DNA of 64,000 bases from an uncultured delta proteobacterium (GTDB lineage: Bacteria > Myxococcota_A > Polyangia > Polyangiales > Polyangiaceae), in NCBI GenBank assembly GCA_963841435.1, contig CAWJCS010000002.1:288001-352000 (forward strand). Direction: 5' to 3'. The notes beneath the pieces were generated by a model. That model was not told the origin of the DNA. It did not search any database and was given only the letters and a program-made list of their open reading frames with translations. Shown one piece after another: positions 11,198 through 20,723 of this stretch; position 1 is the stretch's first letter; every line of letters starts with the position of its first letter. A program made the translations under genes and the position numbers.

Positions 11198-11662
11198 ATG
11201 GCGCGCCTCTTCTTCCGAGCCGGCTTTCATATCGCATGCTTCGGCGGTCTTCTGGCTTGCTGCACCCCCGCGCGTCCCGGGGCTTCTCCGGCGCCGCAAG
11301 CGAGCGCCCCAGCGACCACGACCTCGGACCTACGAGGGGTCGTCATCGACGGGCGCGGCGGCTTGCCGGTCCCGGGACAGACCGTGGCCGCCGGCAGCGC
11401 GCGCGCCGTGACCGATGCCGAGGGGCGCTTCGTGCTGCATGGTGTCCCGAATCACTACGACCTCGTGACATGCTCTCGGCGATCAACAACAAGCTCCGGC
11501 ACTATCCCGCCTTCGCGAAGGCAACCGGTATCCACTGCGTGCGTGATTGCGCCGGCGCGCGCGCGTTGGTCGAGGCCTACGCGGCGTACTCTCGCGAGCA
11601 CCCGGGGTTCGATCGAGATGAGCCCATCGAGCCCTTCGATCCCCCGGAGCCTCCCCCGCTAG
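11198..11662 (+). pseudogene. lipoprotein with the start of a carboxypeptidase-regulatory-like beta-sandwich, apparently truncated or chimeric
   Basis: Signal ...GGLLACC, then LRGVVIDGRGGLPVPGQTV...VTDAEGRFVLHGVP. Protein-like sequence ends abruptly near 11470. Confidence 0.45.
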
Positions 11663-11736
11663 AGCGCTTGGACAGGCTTCGTCGAGCCGTGCCGAACGTC
11701 AGCGCCCCCGCCGGGCGATACACGGCCGGGGAGCCC

Positions 11737-13494
11737 TCACCGCGGCGGTGGACCGTAGAGGGTCTCGCGCTTTTGGATGTAGCCGAAGTTCGTGGTCGTC
11801 TTCATCTCTTGCAGCACCGTGCCGTCCGGCTTGATCTCCTGGATGATCCCCTTTCCGCCGAACGCGACCACGACGTTGTCGTTCCAAAGCCGCTGAACAT
11901 CGCCCATGACGTTGGTCTGGTACGCGTTGCCCATCGCCTTGTACGACCAGATCTTGGTGGCCGTATTCGCGGTGAGATCGAGCTTCATCTCGATCACCCC
12001 CGAGCCGTCGCCGGTTCCCATGGAGACCGGGATGCTCGTGCCCGCGACGCTGCGAGAGTTGTTGTTGAAGATCAGGAAATCATCGAGGCCGAGGACGTGG
12101 ATGCCGTGCTCGCTCCCGAGCCAAGTGTCGCCCGTGAAGGTCTTGGTCAGCCCGTTCAGGATCCAGACGGTCGTGCCGTCGGTTCGCTTGATCTTCGCGA
12201 TGGCACAGTGAATGTGGTCGGAGAAGAGCAGCGTGTCGTCCTCGGGTGAATACTGGATGTCGTTGACGTGGCACTGCCCGGTCGTGCCGAGCGCCTGTTG
12301 TGAGTTGACGATGGTCCGCACCTTGCCATCGGACGCTCGCTCCTTGATGTCGCTGCACCCCTCCGACCCGCCGTCATCCGCGTAGAACGCGACCGCTTCG
12401 TCCGGCAGCACGGTGAGCTGATGCGACAACCTCGACATCTGGCTCGTGAGGTCTTCGTCCATCATGCCGTCCATCGTGACTCGGTGGACCTTCGCGTCGG
12501 CGAGGTTCGGAGGATGGTTGTTGATCCAAATGTGTGTCCCGGCGTAGTCCATCACCGCGCCGGTGACGTAGTCCTCGATGTTGTACCACCAGACGATGTC
12601 GCCGTCGGCATCCACGATATAGGCGGGTCCGCTGCCCGTGGAGTTGGCGACGTACTGGCCCGTGATCAGAAAGCCGCCAGCCAGCGCGGCCGCGTCGTTG
12701 TTCGTCACCGTCGGCTTTACCAGCCCGTTGGCGAGGGGCCCGGTCATGAGCGTGTAGTCCGGGCTTTGGCAATCGCCACTCCCGTTCGTGGCGGTGATCC
12801 GGTAGTGGTAGAGGTGCGACGACTTCATTCCGAGCAGCAGGGTGCGATAGTCCGGCTGCGTCAGATCGACCGGCGCAGTCAGGCCGTAGGACGTCGTGAG
12901 ACCGAAGTCGATTTTCGCCGACTGAATGTCCGAGAGCGTCGCGGTCCAGGTCACGATGCCGACCGTCGCGATCTTCGGACTGAGCGACGAAGACTGGTCG
13001 AAGGTGCAGCTGCCCGACCCGCCGCCGGTGCCAGCACCTGCGCCCCCGCCCGTGCCCGCCCCGCCGGTTCCCGCCGTGCCGCCGCTGGTCCCCGCATTCC
13101 CGCCGGTGCCCGCGGCGCCGCCGGTCCCCGCGCTCCCGCCCGAGCTGCCGCCCGTGCCGGAGCTGCCGCCCGTGCCCGCGCTCCCGCCCGAGCCGCCGCC
13201 CGTGCCGGAGCTGCCGCCCGTGCTCCCGCCCGAGCTGCCGCCCGTGCCGGAGCTGCCACCCGTGCCCGAGCTGCCACCCGTGCCTGACGTCGAAGCGCCC
13301 CCTGTTTCGGGGTTGCTCCCGCCGCCCGAGCCGCCGCATCCCCAGACGAGGAGCGCGAGGCCCCCGCATAAAGCTGCCGCGCGCGAGAGGCGCGGTCGCA
13401 CGAAATCGGCGCGCACGCGCCCGTCGGCGATGTGCTCCTGCCCCATACGTAATACTCGGTTCACTCGGCCTCCTAGCGCGGTTACATCGAACAC
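11737..13494 (-). CDS. Gly-linker lipoprotein with an Fn3-like domain and an arylsulfotransferase(ASST)-like beta-propeller
   Basis: Lipobox LVWGC, long G/S/T linker, LLGMKSSHLYHYRI, then IVDADGDIVWW, LSHQL, CHVNDI, SEHGIH, GDVQRL. Start uncertain. Confidence 0.7.
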   Translation of the reverse strand: MFDVTALGGRVNRVLRMGQEHIADGRVRADFVRPRLSRAAALCGGLALLVWGCGGSGGGSNPETGGASTSGTGGSSGTGGSSGTGGSSGGSTGGSSGTGGGSGGSAGTGGSSGTGGSSGGSAGTGGAAGTGGNAGTSGGTAGTGGAGTGGGAGAGTGGGSGSCTFDQSSSLSPKIATVGIVTWTATLSDIQSAKIDFGLTTSYGLTAPVDLTQPDYRTLLLGMKSSHLYHYRITATNGSGDCQSPDYTLMTGPLANGLVKPTVTNNDAAALAGGFLITGQYVANSTGSGPAYIVDADGDIVWWYNIEDYVTGAVMDYAGTHIWINNHPPNLADAKVHRVTMDGMMDEDLTSQMSRLSHQLTVLPDEAVAFYADDGGSEGCSDIKERASDGKVRTIVNSQQALGTTGQCHVNDIQYSPEDDTLLFSDHIHCAIAKIKRTDGTTVWILNGLTKTFTGDTWLGSEHGIHVLGLDDFLIFNNNSRSVAGTSIPVSMGTGDGSGVIEMKLDLTANTATKIWSYKAMGNAYQTNVMGDVQRLWNDNVVVAFGGKGIIQEIKPDGTVLQEMKTTTNFGYIQKRETLYGPPPR

Positions 13495-14570
13495 GGTTTG
13501 AGAATGGCCATGTACCAGGGGGCCGGGTTGCGGCAGTTGCCGCAGAGGAGCCCGACCACCCAGGTGCCGGTTTCGTCTACGCCTGGAAAGCCCGCCCCAT
13601 TTTCGTCCTTGAGGGTCGTGAAGTCGAGGACGGAGCCTGACGGGATCTGCGCGCGGTAGGTGGCGATTGCGATCCGATCGAGGTCGAGGAACTTCGTCTC
13701 GAGCTCGGCCGGCGTCTCCGTGTAGTGACCGACCATGGCGTCGGTGATGTAACTCGGCGTGAACTCGCGTCCGAGCCCGTTGGTGGTCATCTGCGACCAG
13801 TCGAGCGTCAGCTGTGCGGTCGCCGCGGGCACGTTCGTGACCGCCAGGGAGTGAAGGTCCGCCGTGTAGTCCAGCTTCGTCGAATCATCGGTGATCGAGA
13901 CATCGGTGACCGTGGAGCTTGCGTCGAGGCTGAAGGCTTGCATCATCCGAATCTGGCTGCCGAGCACCATCCCGGACTGTACAGCGACGATGAACGACGT
14001 GCTGGTCGGCGGGTACATCGTCGCGTCGAAGTACGGGTTGATCATCTCCGGCGTCACCGCCGTCGTATTGATCGTGAAATCATAGAGGTGGGCCGACGTT
14101 TCCCCGGCGGTGAGCGGCAGGCTGAGCGGCGGCGCCACGATGAGATCCGAGGTGTAAAGCGCGTCCGCGTTGAGCTCCGTCTCGAATTGGTCGAGCGGTA
14201 GGTCCCAGAACATGACGACCGCCATGCCGAGATCCGTGCCCGGCGTGAGGTCGTGGCCGAGGAAATCGTGAGTGAGCCCGCTCCAGTCGAAGGCGAGGTT
14301 CGACATCTGGGCTACGGTGACGGGATTGAGCGTGATCGTGCTCGAGAACGAGTAATTGTTGTTCTCGTTGGCGACGACGTTCGCGTCGGCGCACATCGTG
14401 GGCGGCGAGTTGCCGGCGCCACCGCCGCCGCCAACGCCACCGCTGCCACCAGCACCAGCACCAGCACCAGCACCAGCACCAGCACCAGCACTAGCGCCAC
14501 CATTGCCGCAGCCCATCGCTACGGCGCACAGGCACGCCACCGGTGCCATCGCTCTCACAAGTAAATTCAT
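13482..14570 (-). CDS. hypothetical lipoprotein with a C-terminal CxxC
   Basis: Lipobox AMGC, (GA)n linker, ends GLLCGNCRNPAPWYMAILKPCSM. Confidence 0.75.
   Translation of the reverse strand: MNLLVRAMAPVACLCAVAMGCGNGGASAGAGAGAGAGAGAGGSGGVGGGGGAGNSPPTMCADANVVANENNNYSFSSTITLNPVTVAQMSNLAFDWSGLTHDFLGHDLTPGTDLGMAVVMFWDLPLDQFETELNADALYTSDLIVAPPLSLPLTAGETSAHLYDFTINTTAVTPEMINPYFDATMYPPTSTSFIVAVQSGMVLGSQIRMMQAFSLDASSTVTDVSITDDSTKLDYTADLHSLAVTNVPAATAQLTLDWSQMTTNGLGREFTPSYITDAMVGHYTETPAELETKFLDLDRIAIATYRAQIPSGSVLDFTTLKDENGAGFPGVDETGTWVVGLLCGNCRNPAPWYMAILKPCSM
14449..14490. repeat. (CCAGCA)x7 hexamer repeat encoding the (GA)n linker
   Basis: Read directly; in frame within the 13482-14570 gene. Confidence 0.9.
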
Positions 14571-14994
14571 TGCGCCGTAACTCTTCGCCATCGGCGCGAG
14601 AGTTGCAAGCGGCGGCAGGGAAACGGCCAGCGCGGCCATCTGCGAGCGCTGCGGTTGCTCCTGCGTCGGTTCTGGACGTGTCGCGAATTGGTCCGCAGCG
14701 TCTTGCCTGACGCTCATGAAGACGGCTTTCAATTGCTGCTCCACCGATTTGCGTCGGCCAGCTCAAGAGCTGCTCTAAAGAGTGTTCCGGGGCCGGCTCG
14801 AACAGGCAGCGCGAAGCCGTAAGCGTCGGGATCGGTGAAAAGAGGTCCCTGCGCGTTGCTTGCCAGCCGCGGTCGAGTCGGATATTCGAGGAAGAGAGCG
14901 CTCCGGCGTCGGAAAAATGGCCGAGTCGCGCGTTCTTTGCCCAGATCCGGTGGAGCACGTAGCAAAATTGCGTGGGCCACGGTGCGCTCTGCCC

Positions 14995-16449
14995 ATGGTC
15001 GGACCGCCGCCGCCCCGAGGCAGCGATGGCACCCAGCGCCGGCTGATTGGGGCGCTCGCGGTAGCCGCCGCGCTGACTGCCGCGCCCGGCGCCGCTCGCG
15101 CAAACGGCACCTTCCCATCAGCGAGTCAGCTCGTCGCGGAGCCCGGCACCCCGAGCCACCTGGCGCTGCGCACGACGTTCGGGCTGATCGTGAGCCCCGA
15201 CGCCGGCCAGAGCTGGACTTGGACCTGCGAGGACGCGCTCGGTTACACGAACAACCTACCGGCGATCGCCGTCTTGGCGGGTGGGACGCTGGTCTTGGGT
15301 ATTCCGGAAGGCATCACGGCCGGGATGCTCACCGGCTGCGACTACCCCGCGGCGAGCGGCATCAACGCGAACGTCGTCGACCTCACGCGCATCCCGGGCA
15401 ACGCGACGGGCGTGCTCGCGACGAGTTTCGACTACGGCACGTACGGTTCGCAGGTGTTCGAATCGGACGACGCCGGCGCGAGCTTTGCGGCTCTGTCCGA
15501 GCCGTTCCCGGATTTCGTGGCCACGACGATCGACGTTGCGCCGACCGATCCCAACGTCATCTACGTGAGCGGAATGCCGCTCACGACCGGCAAGGTGGGC
15601 CTGCTGCTGCGTTCCGCCGATCACGGAAAGACATTCACGGCGCACGAAATCCCGGACGCCGTCGGCGCTTCGTGGCCCTACATCGGCGCCGTCGACCCGG
15701 CGGATCCCGACAAGCTCTACGTGCGGCTGGCATCCTTTCCGGGACGCCTGAAGGTGACCGATGACGGGGGAAAAACCTTCGGCGAGCCGCTCACGACCGA
15801 CGACGAAATGCTGGGTTTTGCGCTCTCGCCCGACGGCAAGACCGTGGTCGTGAGCAGCCCCACTTCAGGGACGTTCCGCGCCGACACCGACACGCTCGAC
15901 TTCGAGCAAGTCGCCTGCCACGGCGTCAGTTGCTTGATGTGGAACAGCGAGGGGCTTTACGCCTGCGGCAATCAGAGCGTCAACGGCTTTGCGCTGGGCC
16001 GCTCGCTGGACGAAGGGCGAAGCTACGAGCGCGTGCTCGATTTCAGCTGCATCACACCACGAGAGGACTGCGACGGGGCGACGCCCGTCGGCGCGATGTG
16101 CCCGTCACTGTGGCCCATGGTCCAGATGCAGCTGGAAGGCTTCGGAACGTGTGATCCCAACGCACCGCCGCCAGAGTGGTCCGGGTCGTGCCCCGGCGAG
16201 GCCGGCGGACCGAGCGGGAGCGGGGGCGCCGCAGGTGGGGGCGCGGCGGAAGGCGGCAGCACGGCGGCCGGCGGCGGCGCTCCGGGTACAGGTGGCGGCC
16301 CCGCGCCGGGCACGCCCGGAAAGTCGGGCTGCGGCTGCCGATGGACGCGCGGCGACCCGCACGCAGCGTGGCTCACCCTAATCTCACTCGCCGGCTTTTG
16401 GGTGCAGCGGAGAAACAAACGGCGCCGCCGCCACGTGCGGACTCGGTGA
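14995..16449 (+). CDS. secreted BNR/Asp-box beta-propeller protein with a MYXO-CTERM-like C-terminal anchor
   Basis: Signal ...AARA|NGTFP. Asp-boxes SPDAGQSW, SDDAGASF, SADHGKTF, TDDGGKTF, SLDEGRSY. Gly linker, then SGCGC + hydrophobic segment + RRNKRRRR. Confidence 0.8.
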   Translation: MVGPPPPRGSDGTQRRLIGALAVAAALTAAPGAARANGTFPSASQLVAEPGTPSHLALRTTFGLIVSPDAGQSWTWTCEDALGYTNNLPAIAVLAGGTLVLGIPEGITAGMLTGCDYPAASGINANVVDLTRIPGNATGVLATSFDYGTYGSQVFESDDAGASFAALSEPFPDFVATTIDVAPTDPNVIYVSGMPLTTGKVGLLLRSADHGKTFTAHEIPDAVGASWPYIGAVDPADPDKLYVRLASFPGRLKVTDDGGKTFGEPLTTDDEMLGFALSPDGKTVVVSSPTSGTFRADTDTLDFEQVACHGVSCLMWNSEGLYACGNQSVNGFALGRSLDEGRSYERVLDFSCITPREDCDGATPVGAMCPSLWPMVQMQLEGFGTCDPNAPPPEWSGSCPGEAGGPSGSGGAAGGGAAEGGSTAAGGGAPGTGGGPAPGTPGKSGCGCRWTRGDPHAAWLTLISLAGFWVQRRNKRRRRHVRTR

Positions 16450-16534
16450 CCTCGGTGCCTGCTCGAGGCGGCGGCGCCGTTCTCGACTCGAGCGGGTGGT
16501 GGAGGGCGGCGGGCGAGGTGCGAGCCAAAGGACT

Positions 16535-17200
16535 CTAGGGGACGTCCACGTAAAACGCGACGTGGCCGTGCGGTGAGTCCTCTGGAATGTCGTTGCACCA
16601 CTCGAAGAAGTGGAAACGGACGACCCAGCGCCCCGATCGGTCGAAGACGATGGGACCGATCTCGTACGTGCCGGCGGGCCCCTCGGGAGCCTTGATCGAA
16701 TTGCTCGGGGAGATATGGGATCGATTATCGGCGAGGAACACCTCGGGGCTGTCGGGTACCGCGCCGCGCGCCGCACCGCCCGAACGGGCGTCGAGCTTGA
16801 CGGCAAAGGTGACTGGACGGTTTAGCGCAATGCAGGTGCTCGTGAAGCTCACGTCGTACTTGCAGTCGTCGTCTGCGGCCGCCGCGTTGTAGCGCACTTC
16901 GTACGGCTCCTCTTCCGCCTCACCGCCCGCCCCGCCTGCCCCGCCCTCGCCGCCCACGGCGCCGGTCTGGCATTCACCGATCTCTTGTACGATCGGGTCA
17001 CCGTGGTCGTCGATACAGTGCGCGTCGGCTTCGCCCTCGACGGGCCCCCCGCTCACGGTGCACTCGGGGCTCGCAGCATCATCGTCGCCACCGCAGCCGG
17101 GCGCCGAGACGAGCAGGACAGCGAACGAAGCGCCGAGCAGGCCGCCGACAGCGGCGCCCGGTCGCCCGCGACCTGCGCGGAACATGCTGTGGATTGCCAT
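16535..17200 (-). CDS. lipoprotein with a YtkA/FixH-like C-terminal domain, His/Cys-rich
   Basis: Lipobox APGC. DDDCKYDV, GTYEIGPIVFDRSGRWVVRFHFFEWCND...SPHGHVAFY. Confidence 0.6.
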   Translation of the reverse strand: MAIHSMFRAGRGRPGAAVGGLLGASFAVLLVSAPGCGGDDDAASPECTVSGGPVEGEADAHCIDDHGDPIVQEIGECQTGAVGGEGGAGGAGGEAEEEPYEVRYNAAAADDDCKYDVSFTSTCIALNRPVTFAVKLDARSGGAARGAVPDSPEVFLADNRSHISPSNSIKAPEGPAGTYEIGPIVFDRSGRWVVRFHFFEWCNDIPEDSPHGHVAFYVDVP

Positions 17201-17345
17201 ATTAATGCCTCCGGTTTCTCGAGAGGTGCGAGCTGGCCACGAAGTGGCTCAACGAGCCGCGACCTGCCGCTCCCGTCCTCTTTGTTCTCGAGCGTCTAGG
17301 AGCACAAGGAAATTCCTTTCGCAGGCGAGACACGCGCACCCTCTA

Positions 17346-17744
17346 TCAATTTTCCGGCGCGCCGCAGACCAGCCACTTGAGCAGCAGCCGGCGCTGGTCG
17401 GCGCTCAGCGGCTCGGCGCCTTCCGACGGCATCTGGCACCCATACACCTGCGAGAGCACGGTTTGACGACTCGAGGACACCTGCTGGTACGTCTCGAACA
17501 CCTGCGTTGATTGGCCGTTCCCGGGGTAGTGGCACTCCGCGCAGCGTGACGCGAAGATCGGGGCGATATCGGACGCGTAGCTCGGCGTGGCGGTTCCGCA
17601 ATCGGCGTCGTCCGGCAGGTCGCTCGGACAGGGAACCGGCGGTGACGCCAATCCGTTTGAGCATCCAGCACTGGCGAAGGACACCAGCGCGAGCGGAATA
17701 GCTCCCATCCAGGGCCGCCAGGCCACCATCCGAACGTGGCGCAC
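17346..17744 (-). CDS. monoheme c-type cytochrome lipoprotein
   Basis: Lipobox SAGC. PSYASDIAPIFASRCAECH, CQMP (candidate Met ligand), WLVCGAPEN. Confidence 0.8.
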   Translation of the reverse strand: MRHVRMVAWRPWMGAIPLALVSFASAGCSNGLASPPVPCPSDLPDDADCGTATPSYASDIAPIFASRCAECHYPGNGQSTQVFETYQQVSSSRQTVLSQVYGCQMPSEGAEPLSADQRRLLLKWLVCGAPEN

Positions 17745-17815
17745 CCACGAACTCCGCGCAAGAGCCCCGACGTGACACGGCGGGATCCCGGGGCTACGCT
17801 TCGCCCCGATCGCTC

Positions 17816-18349
17816 ATGCTTCGATGGTTCGCTCCCCGCATCGTGGTGGGTGCAGCATTCGGCGCCTGCCTCGCCTGCTCCGGCAAGACCCCCGCGCCCG
17901 CCGCAGCAGACGGCACGGAAAACGGCCAGGGCGGGGAAGGGAGCGTCGTCTCCGGCGCCGTTTCCTGTCGGGACGACAGCCGGGTTAACACCTATTCGGC
18001 CAATCTCGTCAGGCCGGGGCGTCTCGGGCAGCTTTCTTTCACCCTCGTGTCCGTTGATCCGGCCCCGCCCGCGAAGGGCCAAAACACGTTCACGGTCGAG
18101 GTCTCCGATACGGGCGGGGCCCCGGTCGAGAGCGACCTGACCGTGGACCTGACGATGCCGGACCACGGCCACGGAACCTCGGTGGTTCCCGTGGTCACGT
18201 TCGACGCCGGCACGCAGCTTTACACGCTGGAACCGGTCTACCTGTTCATGGCGGGCGTCTGGCGCGTCCAGCTCAACGTCTACGACGACACGGCTGACCC
18301 GTTGCAACCGGTTGACTCGGCCGTCTTCTACTTCTGCATCGAAGGCTGA
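17816..18349 (+). CDS. FixH/YtkA-like lipoprotein
   Basis: Lipobox CLAC. DPAPPAKGQNTF, LTMPDHGHGTS, YLFMAGVWRV, FYFCIEG. Confidence 0.8.
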   Translation: MLRWFAPRIVVGAAFGACLACSGKTPAPAAADGTENGQGGEGSVVSGAVSCRDDSRVNTYSANLVRPGRLGQLSFTLVSVDPAPPAKGQNTFTVEVSDTGGAPVESDLTVDLTMPDHGHGTSVVPVVTFDAGTQLYTLEPVYLFMAGVWRVQLNVYDDTADPLQPVDSAVFYFCIEG

Positions 18350-18359
18350 CGAGCGCTCC

Positions 18360-19859
18360 TCACGGGGAGCAACGCCGATGATTGACGGCCTGCACCTTGT
18401 CCGCGCGTGCGTTCAGGTTGGTGGTCGTGATGCACGAGACCGGTAACGCATCGCTCGTGAACTCGTCCGTCGCCGTGTCGGGCGTCCATTCGAGCTCGGC
18501 GCCGACGTAAAGCGGAGCAAGGCGTTCTCTGAGCTCGGCGACCGTGTAGGCGTCGGTATCCGCCAGATCGCCGCTCTTTACCAGATCGTCGAAGATATCG
18601 AGACCGAACGGCGCAAGGTGAACGCGCATCGTCACGCGGTCGGGTGCGCGCTCCAGGGAGTCCGTACCGCGCGGATATCGCTGCGCGACGTGCGTCTGAT
18701 AATACCGCACGTCGCTCGGATCGAAGGTGAGCTGGCCGGGCAAGAGGTTCGACTCGTAGTCCGTCGCTTCCCAGAACATGTGCACCTCTGCGCCCCCGTC
18801 GTCGAAGAGGCAGTCCCGGATCAGCCAGAGGTCGGGGTCTTCCGAGTCGGTAGGCGAAGTCCCCGCGACGACGTTGCCGCTCTGGTAGATCACCTCGTCT
18901 CCAGCGTAGGCGGTAAGCTCGATCCACACGCGCCGATCCTGTGCGGCGCCGCTCGGCCAATGATGACCCGCGGCGACGTTGTCGAGGATGACCTCGATGG
19001 AGGCGCGCCCTGGAATCGTCTGCACGCAAACTGCGCTCTGGAGGGTCGTGTCGAGAAACGCCTGGACCCTCGAGCGCATCTCGTCCGCGCCCGGTAGCGG
19101 CGTGAGCGCGAGATCCACGCCCGGAAAACGATGGTCGTGAAGCGTGCGCGCGAACACGCCCGGAGCATTCGCGGCAGGCTCAGGGGTCTTGCTGCGGTCC
19201 ATGTGGCACTGCCCGCAGCTGGTCCCGACGTTGACCGCCGAGAACACGGTTTCCTGCCACTCCTCGAAGGTTCGCTCGATGTGCGTTCCGTGCGCGTTGC
19301 TGATGTCGTGACAGCTCCCGCAAAGTTGCGCCGATTCGAGCCTCTCGCGATCCAGAAAGCTCGAGTAAGCCGAATGGTGAGCGTTGTTCGCGACCGGATC
19401 GCGAAACGCCCCGCGCATGACGGCGTCGGAGGCGAGCTCGAGGGGGTTATTGTGCGTGCCGACGACCTGCGCGACGTTGTGGCAGAAATAGCAGGTGACG
19501 CCCTTGGACGGCTGCGGCAGCTCGTCGAGATTGAGCCCATCGTCGGTCAGGCCCGTGCTCACTGCCACGGGCGCATGGCATTTGACGCAGAAATCGCCGA
19601 TGCCGGCCTCGCGTTGCCCGCGTGCGTTCATCGCGCGGAACAGCGGGTCGTCGGAGGCGTACGCGTGCATGCTCGACGACCATTCGTCATAGGCCTTGGG
19701 GTGACAGCCTTGGCAGGTCAAAGGATCCATGAGCACGTCCACCGAAAGGGTGGGCGTCGGCGGCGGTGTGCCGGCTTGCCGGCCGTCGCCGCACGCTGCG
19801 AGCAAGAGAGCGTAGCCGAGGAGTGAGAGCGCGGGTCCGCGTGCCCTTCCGCCGGTCAT
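18360..19859 (-). CDS. pentaheme c-type cytochrome lipoprotein (cytochrome c554-like N-terminus)
   Basis: Lipobox LAAC. Five CxxCH motifs: CQGCH, CVKCH, CYFCH, CGSCH, CGQCH. Also EWSSSMHAYA, HDHRFPG, AGHHWPSG. ATG overlaps the upstream stop (ATGA). Confidence 0.9.
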   Translation of the reverse strand: MTGGRARGPALSLLGYALLLAACGDGRQAGTPPPTPTLSVDVLMDPLTCQGCHPKAYDEWSSSMHAYASDDPLFRAMNARGQREAGIGDFCVKCHAPVAVSTGLTDDGLNLDELPQPSKGVTCYFCHNVAQVVGTHNNPLELASDAVMRGAFRDPVANNAHHSAYSSFLDRERLESAQLCGSCHDISNAHGTHIERTFEEWQETVFSAVNVGTSCGQCHMDRSKTPEPAANAPGVFARTLHDHRFPGVDLALTPLPGADEMRSRVQAFLDTTLQSAVCVQTIPGRASIEVILDNVAAGHHWPSGAAQDRRVWIELTAYAGDEVIYQSGNVVAGTSPTDSEDPDLWLIRDCLFDDGGAEVHMFWEATDYESNLLPGQLTFDPSDVRYYQTHVAQRYPRGTDSLERAPDRVTMRVHLAPFGLDIFDDLVKSGDLADTDAYTVAELRERLAPLYVGAELEWTPDTATDEFTSDALPVSCITTTNLNARADKVQAVNHRRCSP

Positions 19860-20311
19860 CTGGACGCCCCCGCCGCGATCCACTGAATCACGTCGCAGCG
19901 TTCGGAGGCAAGCAGTGGGGTCGGCCCGGGAGGCATACGCACGTTGGGATCATGCGCCTCCAGCCGAATCACGATCAAGCTGCATGCTGGGTCGAACGGC
20001 AGGACCCGCGGGTGGCCGATGTCTCCGAGCAGGCGGGCGTAGGCGTCGTCGGCATCCTCCATGACGAGGCCGCCCATCGCCGCATCGCTCGTGTGGCAGG
20101 TGCCCGTGCCCGACGCGCACGTGGGCTGGAGGATCTTGGAGAAGATCGTGGAGTAAAGCGGCGGATCGTACAGCGGGTTGCAATCGGTCAACAGATTCGC
20201 AACGCACGAAAGCGCAGCCGGCTCCGGCGAGCTGCAGCCACAGATCACGAGCCCCCCCATGATCCAAACGGCTGTCTGGGCGCGGAACGGACGCGGTGTG
20301 GAGCGGCTCAC
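19856..20311 (-). CDS. small c-type cytochrome-like lipoprotein (planctomycete cytochrome C-like)
   Basis: Lipobox ICGC. ILQPTCASGTGTCH (CX6CH), RMPPG, IQWIAAGA. Confidence 0.7.
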   Translation of the reverse strand: MSRSTPRPFRAQTAVWIMGGLVICGCSSPEPAALSCVANLLTDCNPLYDPPLYSTIFSKILQPTCASGTGTCHTSDAAMGGLVMEDADDAYARLLGDIGHPRVLPFDPACSLIVIRLEAHDPNVRMPPGPTPLLASERCDVIQWIAAGASR

Positions 20312-20723
20312 GTGACGGAAGACGGCGGTCCCGAGCAGGACGCTCGAGACGTGCCTCGAGGCGGGACACTATCCCACGGTGGCGCGTCCGCGGCCCGCGC
20401 TGCCGATCCCTTGGCTCGACTGGGGCATTGCTGCGATGGGCTGCTGCTCGGGCCGGGCCTCCACGAACGCGCTTCGCTTCGCGCTCGTCGCGCTCGAAGC
20501 TCCCAACCCTCCGGGTTGGTCAAGCGGGCACGCCGAGAAGACCGCACACTTCGCTTGCACGTCGTGCCGCCGAATCACGGGTCTCGGATGGCTCGCGTGA
20601 GACCGTGCATGGTGGAGAGAATTTTGCGTTGTCACGGTTTGCGGTCTCGAGCGGCTTTCGGAGTCGATGCCGAATTGTGTGAGCGCGACGACCTGTTGGG
20701 AATCGTTAACCGGGAGAACAAAA

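Noticed and set aside
20673-20690. lac-operator-like AATTGTGTGAGCGCG upstream of GH10
   Set aside because: Only a half-site resemblance, not repeated before the other CAZyme genes as far as I could see, and no LacI-family gene in the window.
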